9,849 nt of DNA from a virus (lineage: Duplodnaviria; Heunggongvirae; Uroviricota; Caudoviricetes). The notes under the pieces are model-generated. The model was given only the letters and a program-made list of their open reading frames with translations, had not been told where the DNA came from and made no database searches. This document shows positions 7,288-9,849 of the stretch, piece after piece (within the stretch, counting starts at the first letter, position 1; every line of letters begins with the position of its first letter). The translations under genes were made by a program, and so were the position numbers. The stretch lies in IMG/VR virus record IMGVR_UViG_2671180473_000003; one strand, written 5' to 3'.

Positions 7288-7674
7288 CTACATAATTCGT
7301 TCTACGTATCTGTCCATCTCCAGCCGGATATCAAGCATCATCAACATGCCATCAATAACCCCTTCCGCTTTCTGCAGGCGCTTGCCAATACAGGTATCCG
7401 AACACCCATGTTTCCGTGCCAGACTCATAAAAGTCATTCCACCTACGTAATAATCCACCAGCAAATCGTGCAAATCCTGATTTTTCTTGTTCAACCGGGC
7501 CATACAGCCACAAATTATCATTGCATCATCATCAGAACACTGAGGGCGTGATTTCACTTTCGACGGAATTAACCCTTTAAAACCAGCAGCGATCGACGCC
7601 CAGGATACATCTTCATGAGTGTTTGCAGCCCAAGCCCCCCACCGTTCCATAACCTGCTGAATATCACGCGCCAT
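7288..7674 (-). CDS. Q: Late-gene antitermination protein Q (933W/82-type Q family)
   Basis: [35 protein letters not shown]...[16 protein letters not shown]... resembles the 933W-type Q N-terminus and Cys-rich core as recalled. The ATG at 7674 overlaps the rusA stop; the ORF-track start at 7695 would add 7 residues. Confidence 0.85.
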   Translation of the reverse strand: MARDIQQVMERWGAWAANTHEDVSWASIAAGFKGLIPSKVKSRPQCSDDDAMIICGCMARLNKKNQDLHDLLVDYYVGGMTFMSLARKHGCSDTCIGKRLQKAEGVIDGMLMMLDIRLEMDRYVERIM

Positions 7675-8035
7675 CGTTATCACCTGTGATTTCATAAATC
7701 TTCACGCCCAGTCGCCCACCAGGAACGAGCTGACCGCGCACAATATTGATTTCATCAAACTGCTCGTCGTCTATGAGTAGTCCGGCATGCGTCAGCGCAT
7801 CCAGTGGTGCTTTCAGGATATTGTCCAGGTCACGACGGCGCTTATCCGGTGGCTCTGCAATAATCTTTATCGCCAGCCTTCCGGACAGGTTTAATTTCAG
7901 CCGCTGCTGGCGAACAATTAGCGTCACATCACGGCGATAACGCTCACCAACTTTTGATACAAAATATGTGCTGCCACGACGTCGCCAGTAAGTATTCACC
8001 GTCGGCGGATAAGGTAAAATAAACTCATGGCGCAT
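7664..8035 (-). CDS. rusA: RusA-family Holliday junction resolvase
   Basis: 123-aa ORF with the RusA catalytic motif region ([30 protein letters not shown]). It sits between the replication genes and Q, as in lambdoid nin regions. Confidence 0.9.
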   Translation of the reverse strand: MRHEFILPYPPTVNTYWRRRGSTYFVSKVGERYRRDVTLIVRQQRLKLNLSGRLAIKIIAEPPDKRRRDLDNILKAPLDALTHAGLLIDDEQFDEINIVRGQLVPGGRLGVKIYEITGDNDGA

Positions 8036-8292
8036 CAGCGCAGCACCTCCTGCACCATTTTTTCAAACTTTCCAACTTTGGTTTCCAGCTCTGCCACACA
8101 ATCAACGAGCTCATCCACCGCTTTTTGTGCGCGATGTTTCGCCTGCATCAGTTCCCTGAGCGCTGGCACCATATCCCGACGAATGGCATCTTTTGTTACA
8201 CCTGTTTTTTCCAGTTGTTCCGCCTGTCGCAACATTTCCTGCGCGTGTTTACGCAATTGTTCAGAGGTAAAAGTCATTGTCTGGTTGTTCAA
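8035..8292 (-). CDS. Hypothetical small protein (predicted coiled coil), nin-region ORF
   Basis: 85-aa ORF rich in charged residues and heptad-like repeats (EQLRKHAQEMLRQAEQLEK...). Its stop overlaps the rusA start (TGATG). Start is a TTG with a GGAG RBS 8 nt upstream, or the ATG at 8277. Confidence 0.5.
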   Translation of the reverse strand: MNNQTMTFTSEQLRKHAQEMLRQAEQLEKTGVTKDAIRRDMVPALRELMQAKHRAQKAVDELVDCVAELETKVGKFEKMVQEVLR

Positions 8293-9680
8293 AAGAAACG
8301 CTCCATCTTACTGCTGTCGGTACGTGTATTGCTGTATCTGCGCGGCTGGGGCTGCCGCATTGGGGTGGAAAGAACCTGTGCGCTTTCCTGGTCCACAGGC
8401 AGAAAATGTCCGTTATAAAAACGCCGGTAAATCGTCCCCAGAGAACCGTTACGTTGTTTCGTGATATTAATTTCTGCTATGCCTGTAGCCTGTGTATCCG
8501 GGTTGTACACTTCATCCCTGTAAAGCATCAGAATGATGTCTGCATCCGCCTCTATTTCTCCGGAATTTTTCAGGTCTGAGTTCATGGGACGTTTATTGGG
8601 TCTGGACTCCACACCGCGGGAGAGCTGGCTCAGCGCAATCAACGGAAAACCACCGGATTTTGCCAGGCCTTTAAGCCCCTTTGAGATTTCACCCACGGCA
8701 AGGTCATGACGCCCCGTGGTTCGGGTTTTTATCAGCCCGAGATAATCAACCACCACCAGCGCCGTTTCCGGATGTTTAATCAGATGGTGTTTCGTTGTTG
8801 CGCATATCTCATCAATGGTCAGGTTCGCCTGGTCCACCATCCAGATATTGCGCCCGGTCATCCGCCCCACCCCTTGTGAGAAACGCGCCCAGTCTTCATC
8901 TTCAAAGTGAGCCACAGATTTCAGGCGTGATACTGGCATCCCTCCAGCCGCAGACACCATACGTTCACCAATCTGGATGTTCGCCATCTCCATGGTGAAC
9001 AGAAGCACACCATGCCCCTGCTCAGTCACCTTGTCGATGATGTCCAGCGCAAGTTCGGTTTTCCCCATCGAAGGACGGGCGGCAATGAATACCAGGTCTC
9101 CGGGCTCCATACCGCCTGTTTTTGCGTCCAGTTCATCAATACCGGTCATCAACGTCCTGGATTTCTCCAGCCCCTGATTCCGGCATTCAACACGCTCAAC
9201 CACTTCCGGAAGCACATCATCAATATGTACCGGCTGAATGACGCCCTTTCCTGTCGACAGTGTGACCATCATGTTCTGCGCATCCTTCAGGGCATCTTCA
9301 GCTGCTTCACAGGTATGCGCATCACGTAATTTCTGCAGCGCCTCATTCAGTGTTTTTTCTGCATCGCGCAGTGCGGCATTGCGCCGCAACGCTGCAACAT
9401 AGTGCTCCAGTGAAGACTTCACCCAGGTTTTACGCCCGGTATCAGTAATCACCGGGGCAAGTTCCGGCATCTCATTACACAACAGCACGGGGTCAATCAC
9501 TCCTGAAACACGGGCCTGTCTGCAGATGCCTGTGTAGATATCCCGATACGCTCGTACAGAAAAAATGTCCGCCGGTAGTGTGATCAGAATATCCATCACT
9601 TCATGATCTGCCCCACGCAGAAAGAATGCGCCAATGACAGCGCCTTCCAGGTCATCATTACGCCAGACTGGTGTTGTCAT
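8289..9680 (-). CDS. dnaB: Replicative DNA helicase, DnaB family (phage-encoded)
   Basis: DnaB-like N-terminal domain and a RecA-like C-terminal domain with Walker A (AARPSMGKTELAL) and Walker B (ALVVVDYLGL). The ATG at 9680 has a GAGGTG RBS 8 nt upstream; the ORF-track extension to the GTG at 9821 is unlikely. Confidence 0.9.
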   Translation of the reverse strand: MTTPVWRNDDLEGAVIGAFFLRGADHEVMDILITLPADIFSVRAYRDIYTGICRQARVSGVIDPVLLCNEMPELAPVITDTGRKTWVKSSLEHYVAALRRNAALRDAEKTLNEALQKLRDAHTCEAAEDALKDAQNMMVTLSTGKGVIQPVHIDDVLPEVVERVECRNQGLEKSRTLMTGIDELDAKTGGMEPGDLVFIAARPSMGKTELALDIIDKVTEQGHGVLLFTMEMANIQIGERMVSAAGGMPVSRLKSVAHFEDEDWARFSQGVGRMTGRNIWMVDQANLTIDEICATTKHHLIKHPETALVVVDYLGLIKTRTTGRHDLAVGEISKGLKGLAKSGGFPLIALSQLSRGVESRPNKRPMNSDLKNSGEIEADADIILMLYRDEVYNPDTQATGIAEINITKQRNGSLGTIYRRFYNGHFLPVDQESAQVLSTPMRQPQPRRYSNTRTDSSKMERFF

Positions 9681-9849
9681 GCAGCCACACCTCTGATACA
9701 AGAACGGTAGCTGGGCCAGTTGAACGACAACCAGTTGCGCCCCCCGTCTGTGATCCTGTCGGCAATGCGGGGGCTGATGAACGCTGGATTTGCCCCTATA
9801 TTTCCAGACACCTGTTATCACTTAACCCATTACTGGCTTGCTGCCGTAG

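Noticed and set aside
6851-7551. ORFs 6911..7141 (-), 7059..7283 (-), 6851..7033 (+), 7151..7450 (+) and 7270..7551 (+) around pR'/tR' and inside Q
   Set aside because: They overlap the promoter and terminator elements or are antisense to Q; no RBS and odd composition. The 6244..7005 extension of the ORF6N gene was rejected for the same reasons.
8027-9329. Plus-strand ORFs 8027..8464, 8125..8418, 8277..8579, 8795..8998, 8977..9177 and 9012..9329
   Set aside because: Antisense to dnaB, orf85 and rusA; Ser/Cys-rich translations with no RBS.
9681-9849. Possible upstream replication-initiator (O-like) gene at the window edge, and a 44-aa GTG ORF (9677..9811) overlapping the dnaB start
   Set aside because: Only about 17 codons of a possible C-terminus (ending near 9796) fall in the window, too little to call. 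The 44-aa ORF has no RBS. The GTG-9821 N-terminal extension of dnaB was also rejected in favour of the ATG at 9680.

Overview
This window is a contiguous piece of an enterobacterial (E. coli-type) lambdoid prophage, with every gene on the minus strand. In transcription order (high to low coordinates) it carries: a DnaB-family replicative helicase, a small coiled-coil ORF, RusA resolvase, a Q antiterminator with a pR'-like promoter and tR'-like terminator, an ORF6N-domain accessory gene with its own promoter and terminator, a very compact four-tRNA array (anticodons CAU, UCU, UGU, UCC), about 640 bp of apparently non-coding DNA, a phage-21-type lysis cassette (pinholin, SAR endolysin, Rz/Rz1), an HNH endonuclease, terminase small and large subunits, a small membrane protein and an HK97-family portal. 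The lysis cassette is interrupted by a 346-nt run of N (4413..4758), so the endolysin and Rz/Rz1 are only partly visible. The layout between Q and the holin matches the cargo slot of Shiga-toxin phages, but no stx-like ORF is present. No previously undescribed system is demonstrable from sequence alone; the best candidates for follow-up are the ORF6N accessory cassette, the non-coding tract with orphan hairpins between the tRNAs and the holin, and the masked gap. All calls rest on reading the six-frame translations and DNA by eye and on recalled family motifs; no searches were run.
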